Source: the human T2T-CHM13v2.0 reference genome, Homo sapiens
Direction: 5' to 3' (one strand)
NCBI RefSeq assembly: GCF_009914755.1
Contig: NC_060926.1
Length of the DNA: 64,000 nucleotides
The position numbers and the translations under genes were made by a program. This document shows positions 49,985-64,000 of the stretch, in pieces. The stretch's first letter is position 1, and each line of letters begins with the position of its first letter. Under the pieces are notes generated by a model. It was not told where the DNA came from, searched no databases, and saw only the letters and a list, made by a program, of their open reading frames with translations.

Positions 49985-51245
49985 TATATGACATTCTGGA
50001 AAAGGCAAACTATAGGAACAGGGTACCAATACACGGTTGCAGGATGGGGCAGGTTAACTATAAAGGAGCATAGCACAGGGAATTTTTGAGGTGATGGAAC
50101 CACTTTTTAGGTTACTGTGCTGATGGATGTAAGACAGTGCATTTTCACAATCCATGGAACAATACACCAACCAGCATCACTGAATTGTATTGTATGCAAA
50201 TAAAAAGTAGGAGATGAAATGCAGAACTTTGGCAAATGAATCTAATTGCTTTACAGATGAATCCAATTACATTACACATGAATGACTACATTGAAAGGTT
50301 AAGAAAGGAGCTGATCTAAGTAACTTTGGAAAACAGTGTTTTGATTGGATATTACAGAGCTAAAAAAAAATTATTCCAAAACACAGTACTCTAGTTGGCA
50401 AATTTGTTTCACACAGAGGTACTGGCGAATGACTCTGAAACTACTTGATGTGTATACTAGGTTTGAACAAATACTTATTCTGCACACAATGCAAGCCAGG
50501 TTTCTCACTGATAGAGAATAGTTACAAATAATCAAAGAGAGAATGTAAGAATAAACTCTATGATTCTGGACTGGAGTTGGAGGTATTAGCATGAAATCAT
50601 GTTTTGTTTTATTTTTAATTATATATAGTTAGGAAGGTACAGAAATAAATATTGATATGTATGTATAAATAAGTTAGTATATACATACATTTTCTCCTCT
50701 GTCCACTGAATGGATCTAGAAGCAGTGATACCTCACTTAATAATGAGCACATCTAGTTCATTCCTAATAAAAAGAACCAAGGTTCTCTGGAGACACGATT
50801 GATTCCAGTGTTGTTGCAGGGCATCTTGTGATGTCAACCCTCCTTAAAAATATAAATAAATAGGCATGTAAAAAAGACACAGACATAAACAAAATGTGGT
50901 ATATACATATAATGAATATTATCAGCCTTAAAAAAGAATGTAACTCTGACACATGCTGCAACATGGATGAGCCTTGAAGACATGTTGAGTGAAATAAGCC
51001 AGACACAAAAGGACAAATATTGTGTGATTCCACTTACACGAGGTACCTAAGGTAATCTTGAGACAAAGTAGAATGGTGGTTGCCAAGGGCTTGGGGGAAG
51101 AGGCAATAGGAAGTTGCTGTTTAATGAACACAGAGATTCAGTCTGGGAAGATGAAGAGGTTCTAGAGATGGAAAGTGGCGATTTTTGTGCAACACTGTGA
51201 ATATACTTAGTGCTATTGAGCTATACCTTAAAAATTGCTAACGTG

Positions 51246-51573
<328 letters not shown>

Positions 51574-52108
51574 TTACCAAAATTTTAAAAACAGTTTTAC
51601 AATGCAAGTCATATGAAGACTAATTTGCAAAGATATTTTGATGAAATCCATGGCAAAATTATCCTTTTTGTAAGTTTAAAATTCTGCTGAAATTAATAAA
51701 TTAGACTCAAATTCCATCCTGAGAGAACAAAAAGGAGAGTAACCAACCTGAGTCACCATGGCAAAAGCTGGAATAATTTAAGCAAGAAAATAAAAGTATT
51801 AGATTTTAAGTCAAAGAATAAAATAAGTATTCATTACTTCATACAAATATCAAGTATTGAATAAGTAAAGAAAGAGAGAAAAGGGAAAAATTTTTCTGTG
51901 TAAGAGAATTTCAATTAACAAATATAAAAGGAATGAAGAAAATAGAAAATCTCAATTAGAATACCACAGTAATGATAGCTGCAGGCAAGAACAATCGATG
52001 AATGCTAAAATTAACAAATAAAAATTTAAGGAGAAATAACATATCTGCAGAACATCAAAAGTGTCTCCTCCTAAATATTGTTGATTATAAAGGGAAAGAT
52101 AGTGACTT

Positions 52109-52518
52109 ATCTTTGTCTGTTTGTGCTGCCTATAACAAAACACCTGAGACCAGGTAATTTATAAATAATAGAGATGTATTTCTCACAGTTTTGGAGGCTG
52201 GGAAGTCCAGGATTAAGGTACAAGCATTTGGTGTCTGGTGAGGACTGCTTTCTGCTTCCAAGATGGTGTTCTGTTGCTGTATTTTCTGGAGGGGGCAAGT
52301 GCTGCATCCTCACATGGCAGAAGGAAGGGAAGGGCAGAAAGGGATGAAAGGAGTGAACTTGCCCCCTGAGCCCTTTTATAAGGTGCTGATTCCATCCATG
52401 AGGGTGGAACCTTCATGGTCGAAGCACCTGCTGAAGGCCCCACCCCTAAAGACTGTTGTATTAGGGATTAAGTTTCAACATGAATTTTAGAAGGGACAAA
52501 AACATTCAAACAATGGCA
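52109..52518 (-). mobile_element. MST/MLT1A MaLR LTR
   Basis: GCTGCCTATAACAAAACACCTGAGAC...TTTCTCACAGTTTTGGAGGCTGGGAAGTCC...AAGTTTCAACATGAATTTT. Confidence 0.85.
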
Positions 52519-53480
52519 GTGACTTTACAGCAAAGAAACTTAGTACACAGAACTTCAGTGAGGGGATTAAGATTCACATTGCAGGTAGTGGAATATATGA
52601 TGAGTGTGCTCTTGATATGATCTGAGAAGGGCACATTATCTTTGTGACATTCTTCCCAAAAATATGTGGCCCTGATCTAACCATGAGAAAAAATCAGTTA
52701 ACCTAAATTGAGGATCATTCTACAAGCTACCTGACCAGCATCCTTTAAAAGTATCAAGGTCATGAAAGACAAGAAAAGATTGAGGAGCTGTCACAGATGG
52801 AGGGAGACTAAAAGGACATAAATGGTATGTGGAATCCTGAATTAGATCCAGGAACAGAAAAAGGATATTGGTAGAAAGACTGGTGAAATCCAAATAGGGT
52901 TTGAATTAGGGTTTCGTTAGGGTATTGGTAGCAATGTTAATTTCTTAGATGTGATACTTGTACTATGGTAGAATGCTAACACTGGGGAAAGCTGGGTGAG
53001 AGATGTGTGGAAATTCTATGTTCTGTCCTTGCAACTTCTCTAATGAATGCTAAAATTAACGAATAAAATTTATTTTATTAATAAAATTAATAAGCATAAA
53101 TTATTTTAAAATAATTTTTTAAAAAGAAAAAATACTGACAATATAAGGTGAGGGCAACTATGTGAAACAAGAGAACTGTCAACAAGAGTATAAATTCTTG
53201 CAAACACCTTGGAAATTGTTCGGTATTAACTAACAAAGGTGAAAACCTGCATATCCTATAGCTTAGCTATTACAGTTGTAGGTATATACAATAGAAATTC
53301 ATACCTATGTGTACCAAAGACAAGCACAAGGATGTTCATAGCAGCATTATTTGTAAATGCCAATGAATGGAAATAATCCAAATATCCATCAATGAAAGAA
53401 TAAAAGAAAATAAAGTGAAATGTTTGTATACTGAAAATGAAATAACTACATACAGCAATATAATTTTGAGCAAAAGAAAT

Positions 53481-54812
<1,332 letters not shown>

Positions 54813-54827
54813 AGAAATCAAACACAA

Positions 54828-54963
54828 GGCCAGGTGTGGCAGCTCACGCCTGTAATCCCAGTACTGTGGAAGGCCAAGGCAGGAGAATCATTTGAGCTCA
54901 GGAGTTCAAGACTAGTCTGGGCAACATAGCAAGACCCTGTCTCTAATTAAAAAAAAAAAAAAA
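54828..54963 (+). mobile_element. FLAM monomer
   Basis: TSD AGAAATCAAACACAA. Confidence 0.85.
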
Positions 54964-56714
54964 GAAATCAAACACAAAAGATTTTATACTCTTTGATTCC
55001 ACTTATATAAAGTTCAAAAACAGGCAAAACTACCCTGTGGGGTTAGAAATCAGAATGGTGGTTACCTTTGGGGAGAAAGAAAGAGGTAGTAATTTGTAAA
55101 GGTCACAAGGGGATCTTGTGGAGTGCTAGTAATGTTCAGTTTTTTGCAATTAGTGGTGATTACACAGTTTTTATTATATTTATTGTAACTCAGTTGTACT
55201 CTTATGATCTGTGTACTTTTTTGTATGTATGTTATACTCTAATAAAAAATTTTAAAAATTAAAATATAATTTGTTTTTTTTAAAACCACATAACTGAGAT
55301 ACATTTGAAGTGCCTTGCTTACTATTAGATAGGTGCAAGGCTGGAAACAGGGAAGCCACTATGGAGACAGCTGCATTAGGTCCTGAGTTGGAGTGGTGTG
55401 TATAGGGATAGGGTAGGTGAAACATAGCAATGCTGAGAGGATACAATGGGCAGAACTTAGTGTTTGATTGAAGATGATTAAAGATTTTGGACTATCTGCT
55501 TTAAGCCATAGGGACCAAATGGATTTTTCTTAGGGGAGGAGGAACACGGTAGAAGAGATATTTTTGAAAAGTTAATCTGCGTACCACTCATAGCATATGT
55601 TGCCTGCTATTATAATTATGTTAATTATAACTGATCTATTTGTAGACATGTCCCTGTTAGTAAATCACAAGCCTCTTGATGGAAGGGACCTGATTTTATA
55701 CTTCTATATCCAGGGCCTAACTCTCTGCCTCACTAAAGTAGATTTATTGCCATTTAAGTACATAAATAGTAGACAATAAACACCACATAATGTGGAACTG
55801 GATTGGGAATGAACAAGAAAAAAAAATCTTAGAGAGTACATGAAGGAAATGATATTCAAATATGTATTATTAATTTTTAAAGATTGTATTAAACCATATA
55901 TAGAAAGATTCTTGATTAACCTAGTGAAAAATAGCTATGTCAAAACAATAGCCAGCCTCATACTCAGTGGCAAAGCAATAGAGATATTTGTAGTAAAGAA
56001 AGTAGTAAGAAAAGGAACAATTGTTGATCATCACCAATATTTACTATTATTTTGTCAACATAGTAAGATTTTAAATATAGATATAAATATTGGAAAGGAG
56101 ACTAAAGTATCATTGTTTGTAGTTTAATATGATCACCCACCTAGAAAACTCAAGAGAATTAAGCAAAAAAGATATCAGAATAAAAGATTTAAATAAATTA
56201 GCCTTCTTTCCTTCTGTTTACATAACTCATCTTTTTGGTCTAGTGAAAGTCCCTCTTCCTTCATAAGCCAATGCTGAGGAGGGAGGGTGGGAGAGGGAGC
56301 TAAAAAGAATTCACCTCATCACTACTGTCACCATTGGATTTATCCATTTATTATCATCCATTCAGTCAACAAATAATTTATAACTCTCCTTCCATGCCCC
56401 TTCCATTTCCTCCCCGCAAGGTAATTAATGTCAAGAGTGGGGTGTTTATCCTTCCTTGCCTTTCTCTATGCTCTACAAGCATATTCCAACAGTCAGGCTC
56501 TATGATACAGTTACAATGGTATATCAGGGCTGCTGGTTGCACCCAGTGTCTGTTCTCTTCTTTCACAGTCATAGAATTTTTATCTGTGTACATGGATACT
56601 GAGTTAAAGACTAGATTTCTCAGCTTTCCTTGCAGATAGATGTGGTCATATGAGCAAGTTCTGCTACTGGAATTTAAACGAGTAATATGTACATATGTAC
56701 AACTTCTGGTCATG

Positions 56715-57200
<486 letters not shown>

Positions 57201-57204
57201 TAAA

Positions 57205-57272
57205 CTTTTTAATTTTATGATTTTTTAAGTTCCAGGGTACATGTGCAGGATGTGCAGGTTTGTTACATATGT
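57205..57272 (-). mobile_element. Minimal L1PA 3' end
   Basis: AAGTTCCAGGGTACATGTGCAGGATGTGCAGGTTTGTTACATA; TSD TTTACCTAAACTTTT on both sides. Confidence 0.82.
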
Positions 57273-57559
57273 TTACCTAAACTTTTATATGAGGGAAAAT
57301 CATACTTTTTAAAAAAATTTAAACCACTGTATGTGGGCTGTTCCAATGGACTACTGTCCATGCTAAATAATACAAATGTTGAACAACATAGTGTTTCCCC
57401 CTGTCTTTAAGGAGCTTGCAATCTAGCATAGAAGTTAAACAAATGATTACAATAGTATATGATAGATGCCATGATAGAGAAGGCACATGGTAAACGAAGC
57501 CACCGAGGGGCGATAAAGCCAGTCTATGGAGGACATAATGCTTTGTCTAGGATATGGAG

Positions 57560-58140
57560 GAGAGAGAGAGTGCAAACCACTTACACCTGCTTGAAACAAC
57601 TCTTCTATAGTCTTCAGTGACAACATCCTCCTGAATTGCCTTCTACTTCTGACTGATCCTTCCTGGTTTTCTCTCCTATACCAACTGGTAAATGTTGGCC
57701 CTTCTCTGGGCTCTCTGAGTCTATTCTCTTCCTGAGTAATCCCCTTCAGTCCAATGACTGTAAATAGTACCTCAATACTGATGACTGCCAAATCCAGCCC
57801 TTTCTTCTGGGCTGTGGACTCAAGTTTAATTGCCTACTTCACAGCTCCACCTGCAAGGCTCACAAGCATCTCAAACTCACTGAGTCAAATGTGAATTCTT
57901 CCTTTTTTCCTTCCAGCCTGCTCCTCCCACAGTCTCCTCCCTCTCAGTAAAGGTTATCACAATCTTCCCTAGTTGCTCAAGCCAGAAACCTGTGAGTCAT
58001 TCTTAACACCTCCTTTCCCTTGCCTCCCACATGCAACATATCACCAAGTATGCTCATATACTTCCCCAAACTCTCAAATCTATCTGTTTCTCTCCATCCC
58101 AGCCACTACCACTGTGGTCCATGCCACTGTTAACCTTTCT
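57560..58140. mobile_element. L2 fragment
   Basis: CAAGCATCTCAAACTCA...AGTTGCTCAAGCCAGAAACCTG...TTCTCTCCATCCC. Confidence 0.7.
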
Positions 58141-58162
58141 CCTTGCTACTGGTTACAGTTAC

Positions 58163-58467
58163 TTTTTTTTTTTTTTCTTTGAGACAGGGTCTCACTCTGT
58201 CACCCAGGTTGGGGTACAGAGGTGTAATCATGGCTCACTGCTAAGGTTGGGAGATTGACCTCTCGGGCTCTGTCAATCTTCCTACCTTAGCCTCCCTAGT
58301 AGCTGGGACTATAGGCATGCCACCACACCTGGCTAATCTTTGTACTTTTTGAGAGATGAGGTTTGCCATGTTGCCCAGGTTAGTCTCAAACTCCTGGGCT
58401 CAAGTGATTCGCCCACCTTGGCCTCCCAAAGTGTTGGGATTACACGCATGAGCCACTACGCCCAACA
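58163..58467 (-). mobile_element. AluJ-like
   Basis: Diverged antisense dimer. Confidence 0.88.
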
Positions 58468-58581
58468 CCAAAAGAATCTTTACAAACACCTTACCATGTA
58501 ATTTCTTTGCTGTCTCATAGGATTGTGCAACACCATGAGGCACCCTTCACATTGTATTGTACCTCCTAGCTGTGCAACCAG

Positions 58582-58807
58582 CCAACATTGCTCCTCTCCT
58601 AAAACATAGTGAGACTCCACCTGTACAAAAAAAATTAAAAATTGGCTGGGTATGGTGGTATGCACCTGTAGTCCCAGCTACCTGGGAGGCTGAGGTGTGA
58701 GGATCCCTTGAGCCCAGGAGTTCGAGGTTACAGTAAGCTATGATCACACCACTGCACTCCAGCCTGAGTGACAGAGCAAGATCCTGTCGAAAAGAAAAGA
58801 AAAGAAA
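58582..58807 (+). mobile_element. 5'-truncated AluJ
   Basis: Linker plus right arm. Confidence 0.85.
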
Positions 58808-58999
58808 ACAGATTACTTTGGTGGCAAAGTGAAAAGTTGATTGGATGAGAGAACATTTTGAGGCAGAGAGACCAGAGAAATTTTGCAGGCAAAGGAGAGA
58901 TAACAGAGATTAGGATAGCACAGGGATGGAGAGAAGAGGACAGGTGCTAGAGATATTTGAAAAGGTAGAATCAAGAGTTTGGCATCTGACTGGATGTCA

Positions 59000-59450
59000 T
59001 AGACAGAGTCATGGCCCGCTGTAGATGTCCATGTCTCAATCCCAGGAGCCTGTGAATATGCTTCATGGTAAAAGGGACTTTGATGATGGGATTAAGATTC
59101 TTGAAAGGAGGAGATTACGCTAGATGATGAAGGTGAACCCAATGTAATGAGGGTCAGAGTCAGAAAAGGCAATGTGAGGATTGTGGCTGAGGTTAGAGTG
59201 GTGTGCTTTGAAGATGGAGGAAGGGTCCATGAGCCAAAGTATGTGAGCAGCCCCTAGAAGTGGAAAAGGTAAAAGAAATGGGTTATTCTCTACAGCCTAC
59301 AGAAAGAATACAGCCTTGTAGTCACCTTGGTTTTAGTTCACTAAAACCCATTTTGGACTCTTGACCTCCAGAATCGTAAGATAATAAATGTGTGTTTTAA
59401 TCCACAAAGTTTACGATAACTTGTTACAGCAGCAATAGGTAACTAATACA
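59000..59450 (+). mobile_element. MLT1C/D LTR
   Basis: GGAGCCTGTGAATATG...GGTAAAAGGGACTTTG...CCAGAATCGTAAGATAATAAAT...ACAGCAGCAATAGGTAACTAATACA. Confidence 0.82.
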
Positions 59451-59564
59451 CTGGGCATGGGTATAAGGGTGAAAGGAGCATTGAGAAGAAGGGCCTTGTA
59501 CAACTGGGTGGATGGCTGTTTGGGACCCCAGAGTCTGGGAACCCAGAAGCAAGAGTGAATGAGG

Positions 59565-59902
<338 letters not shown>

Positions 59903-60494
59903 TTAGTGAGGTTGGGGTGCCTGTGACACATCCCACTGGACAACTGGCCATAAGGATCTGGCCCTCAGGAGAAAAGCTGACCCCGAGAGAGGGCTTTTGG
60001 AGCACCCTCAAATATTCTGTGATTGAAGCCAAGGAGTGAGAGAATTCGCAGAAACAAACAGAATCAGAAGAAAGGAAAGCCTAGAACAAAACCCAAGGAA
60101 AACTAAAACTCAAGTGGAGCAAAGGGGAGTGGCCAGAGAGGAAGAGGAAAACCCAAGACTTGTGGGTCACAGAAGGCAGAGGAGGGGAGAGTTTCAAGGA
60201 GGAAAATCCAACACTTACGGAGCACCAAAAGAAGAGAAGGGAAGAGTTTCAAGGAGGGGACCAGTGTCTCGTGTTCCTGACAGGAGAAAGAAATGCCTGG
60301 AGAAAGAAATGATTGAATATCTACGTCAATATTGAAAGTGGATTTAGCATGAGGCTACTATAGTTTAAGCTTCAGAGACCCTTCATAAGCTCAGGAAGGG
60401 GCCCTAGAAACTTCGTATTTGTAATTGTTTTATTCTTCCTAAAGAGGGACTCAAAATTCAGAAACTTCAGGGCCTATCAAATTCTTACCAGTAT

Positions 60495-60710
60495 GATTTC
60501 ACGGTTAAGAGCTTAAAGCCTGGAGACAAAAGAAGCCTGCTTTCCCTTTCGCTGTTTAGTAACTTTGGATGGGTCACATTAACTTTCAGCCTCGGCTTTC
60601 CTCAGTTGTAAAATGGGAATAACGTTTCCTACACCTATAGGGTTATAAGGCTCAAAGAGTACCTACACAGTGCCCCATACATAATCGATGTTTATAAGCG
60701 TTAGCTACCA
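60495..60710 (+). mobile_element. MIR
   Basis: GGTTAAGAGC...TTTCCTCAGTTGTAAAATGGGAATAA. Confidence 0.75.
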
Positions 60711-60767
60711 TTGTCACTCTTGTCGTTGTTGCCGTTAGCTACCATTGTCACTCTTGTCGTTGTTGCC
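60700..60767. repeat. Perfect 34-bp tandem duplication
   Basis: GTTAGCTACCATTGTCACTCTTGTCGTTGTTGCC x2 (60700-60733, 60734-60767). Confidence 0.97.
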
Positions 60768-60999
60768 AGAACAAGACAATAAACTCCTTAAGAACAGGAT
60801 GTGGCATCCCCCAAAGCCCATCACAGGCACACAGACATACTTGCCAAGTGAATACTCCACTCTCCCCCAACTCTCTGCGTGTTTAACTAGAAATACAACT
60901 TTAATTATATTCTTAGTGCGACACACACGGTTGGCTTTTCAGCAAGATGCCAGTAGCAGCTTCCTGAAAAAGGGTGCCTTCGTCTCAGTGTTCCCCCTT

Positions 61000-62270
61000 C
61001 TTGGTGAGCCCCGAAACTCACAGATCGTTTGTCTCCCGCACCCCGCCGGCTCCTCCCTCCCGGGTCAACCTGGGACAGACGCGGAGATAACGCACTGACA
61101 GCATTAGCATTGTGTGTGCCACTTAAAAGGCGCTCAAGGAATAAGGGATGTTAGTACATTTTCCCCCACATTTCCTGGCCCGCACTCATTGCCTGGGGGC
61201 TCAGCGGAAGTCGCTTGGGGGTGCGGGGGGGTGGAGGGTGCGGTAGGGATGGAGCCTCGCCCAGTGCTTTCGCCTCCTCAGCGTGCTCCCCGGGCCCGGC
61301 TGGGTTCAGGTGTCCCTCCGGGCCGCCGGGGCGGGCTGGAGGCCGGGAGCGGGCAGTCGACGCATCCGCCGCCGCCGCAGGAGGCGGAGCGCTGCACCTG
61401 GCGGCCGGTCCTCAGCGCCCGGCCCTGAAACGGGTCCAGCCGGTAGTGACCGGCGGCGGCGACTGTGAGGCCCGGGCCGGGGAGGAGGAGGAGCCGCAGC
61501 GGGAGAGAAGGTCGCGCCGGCGGGAGCGCTGGGCCCTCCGCCTCCGTCCTCCGTGGCCCCACCCGGTCCGCATCCCTCGCCTCGCCTCGCCGCGCCCCGC
61601 CCAGCCCGTCGCAGCCCCGGAGGAGCGCGCGAGCAGCCCGGGATGGTGCGCGCTGCCCCGACAGCCGCCGCCCCGGGGCCCCGAGCCGCCGCCCCGTGCT
61701 CCGGGGACAGGGCTCCCCGCGCCCCGCGCAGCTGAGCGCTGCCGCCGCCGCAGCAGGTGAGTCGGGCCCGGCTTGCGGAGAAGGGGCTCGCAGACCCGCC
61801 CTGGCCTCCCCCGCCCCGCACGGGCCCAGCCGGAGGGCGGGTAGGCACCTCAGCCGCGCACACCTGCTGCCGGGAAAGGGGCTTCGGGGCCGGGGCTCGG
61901 AGCCCAGCGTGCGCCGCTGTCTCCGCTCGGGCCTCGCTCGCCCGCCGCTCCCTCCCTCCCTCCCTCCCCCGGCTTCCGTGTCGGGTGTCATCTTTGTGGG
62001 GTGCTGGGGGAGGCTGCCGCCTGCGCCCCCAGCGCGCCCCGTGCTGGCAGCACTTCCGCAAACGTAACTGGAGTCGGGAAAACAAAGGCGCTGCCCAGGG
62101 AGCCCTCGCCGGGCGCCCACAGCTGCTGCCGCGGGTGGGGACGGAGGGTGAGCGCCGATGCCCGGGTCCTCCTCCGCCCGGGCCGACCCGCGCCCTCGCC
62201 ATAAACATCCCTGGGAAAAAGGAGGAGGTGAGAACCTCCACACAGCCCCAGTGACAAGGACGCGGCCACT
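61000..62270. promoter_or_regulatory. CpG-island promoter (MFSD6 by recalled gene order)
   Basis: Abrupt switch to very high GC and dense CpG; GC boxes (CCCCGCCCC ~61809); ETS cores CGGAAGT 61205 and ACTTCCG 62052; no obvious TATA box. Confidence 0.92.
61610..61756 (+). other. MFSD6: Probable non-coding first exon of MFSD6 (5' end approximate)
   Basis: Consensus donor CAG|GTGAGT at 61756/61757 inside the CpG island; identity inferred from the human order INPP1-MFSD6 on 2q32; no MFSD6 coding sequence in the window. Confidence 0.7.
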
Positions 62271-62689
62271 TGTGTGGCAGGAGGAGGAAATTGACAACGT
62301 CTGCCCTCCCAGGTTAATAAATACGGAAAAAAAAATACCTCTGCTCTGCCAGCCACCATCCTAGCAGACATCCCCCACCTCGTGCTTTACTTCCACTTGG
62401 TCTAACATGTCTCTGGAGCCCTTTTGAGATACTACTGGGGGTTGCTAGTCTTTCTGGGTCATATTTATTGCCCATAGAGCAATTTTCCTGCAAATTTAGG
62501 TAAGATGGTGGAAAAATACAAACGCAACTTTCCCCCTCGTTAATCCCATCCCCACATGGACAGACAGGTGGGTTAATTACCTTTATGCATTCGCAACCAC
62601 GGACGTTTCTTTTCATCCCAAAAAGATTGAATAAGCACCTCACAGAACTACTGGAACATATAATACCTTGCTTATTAGTGTGCAAAAGA

Positions 62690-62850
62690 CTTAAAGAGTT
62701 GGGGTTCTAATCCCAACTGGTATTTAAATAGATGTGTGTGCTTGGGCATGTCACATCTTCCTGAGCCCCAGTTTTCTCACATGGAAAAGAGGATGGTTGG
62801 ATATTATAGTGGCCAAAATTTCCCCTAATCCTTCTAGAAGTCCATGATTT
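62690..62850 (+). mobile_element. MIR3-like
   Basis: TTGGGCATGTCACATCTTCCTGAGCCCCAGTTTTCTCACATGGAAAA. Confidence 0.6.
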
Positions 62851-64000
62851 TCTAGAAATCTAACCTCTTAAGTATAGATGAATGTGAAGGGTGGGTGGAC
62901 ATACAGTTGACTAAAATATGTAATAAAAGGAGATGTGTACTTGGTAGGTCCTTTCCCCAAGATGTGGGCACTAGCCAGCTAAAAGTGTATGCATCTGTTT
63001 TAGCCTTGTTAAGTAAAAGGATAGGATCCTCCTCTTTGGGAAGCTTGGCTTTTGACACGTCAAGCTGCTAGCAGAGGTGCAGGATATGGTCAGCTGTTTA
63101 GTGATAGTCAGATGGCTTGTATTTATCACGAGGTGTAAGTAAAATTTAGGATTGCTTAGGGGAAGGATGGGACATTGTTAATGAGCCCAGTGCAGGATGC
63201 TCTGGGGAAACAGGAGGAGAGAACATCACTTCAATAATGCATTAAAGCTACTAAGTAGTTGTGTGTCCTTCATGTTTACAGCAGTTTATTTCTAAGGCAC
63301 TTTCCATCTCTATACAAATAAATATAAAAGCGTGAAGGCAAATAAAACACAAAGACAAAAAGCAGAGTTCACAGGTATTTGGTGGTGTGAGTATTGGATC
63401 ACCAATTCCATCATATATAGTGTCTGGACTATTAACAGTATTAAGGCATTTTTTTGGGTACTTATTATGTTCAAGACACCATTGTAAACATTTAGTATCT
63501 CAATCTCTGTAAGATAAATCTTTCCCCTAGTTCTGTGCATGACAAAAAGGAAGCTCAGAAGGGTTAAGCAACTTACACAAACCACATAATCAGTAAGAGG
63601 TAGAGTTAAATTTGACCTCATGTTTCTGGCTCCAAAGCCCAGGAAATTTCCACATGGTGTCCCTCCCTAATCAGAACCTATTAAGTCTCTCCACCTACGC
63701 AGATGTCTTCCTTAGCTTCGTGCCTTTGAAAATTAACTTGATTTCAATGTACATGTATTACTTATGTTAACATTTAGCCATGTAGGATAATTTATATATT
63801 TATTACGTATGTATATTAATGTGTGTATGTTTACCCTTTTGTCCTCACCAGTTGTAGATTGAAGGCAGTATGAAGCTGACAGGTTTCTTTGTTTTACTTC
63901 CTTTGACAGCAAATCTTAATTTGGCAATCTCATTATAGGGAAAGGAAGAAATGCAAAAAATGTGTGTCTGCTAGCTATTTTGCACATTGGCTGAAAAATC

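Noticed and set aside
60700-60767. 34-bp direct repeats as a CRISPR-like array
   Set aside because: Only two copies, no spacer, eukaryotic context, no cas genes
61389-61408. Possible CTCF motif in the CpG island
   Set aside because: Needs a gap in the core (CCAGGTGCAG vs CCAGGTGGCAG); GC-rich background makes a chance match likely
61114-62371. Many overlapping 100-339 aa Pro/Arg/Ala/Gly ORFs on both strands
   Set aside because: Expected stop-codon scarcity in a CpG island; no recognisable domain; they cross a strong splice donor

Overview
Human (primate) genomic DNA, repeat-dense, with no prokaryotic-type features (no CRISPR, operons, rRNA or tRNA genes). The left half holds the complete coding sequence of INPP1 (inositol polyphosphate 1-phosphatase, a Li+-sensitive Mg2+-dependent phosphomonoesterase) on the + strand. 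Five GT-AG coding exons (13674-13877, 16198-16258, 20265-20465, 22673-22847, 24414-24972; 204+61+201+175+559 = 1200 nt) give 399 aa with intact D54, EE79-80, DPIDST153-158 and WD315-316 motifs. There is also a probable MIR-derived 5'UTR exon (2458-2601) and two AATAAA signals. About 36 kb of intergenic Alu/L1/L2/MIR/MaLR/DNA-transposon sequence follows. The window ends in a CpG-island promoter with a non-coding first exon (~61.0-62.3 kb), assigned to MFSD6 from recalled gene order only. Almost all other ORFs in the track are Alu, low-complexity or GC-rich artefacts. I find no convincing wholly new biological system. The best leads are regulatory: an ~880-nt pyrimidine tract with a competing PTC-generating acceptor just upstream of an INPP1 exon, uORFs in both 5' leaders, a candidate CTCF site after INPP1, and several unusual transposon or repair footprints. 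Repeat boundaries and subfamily calls are by eye and approximate.
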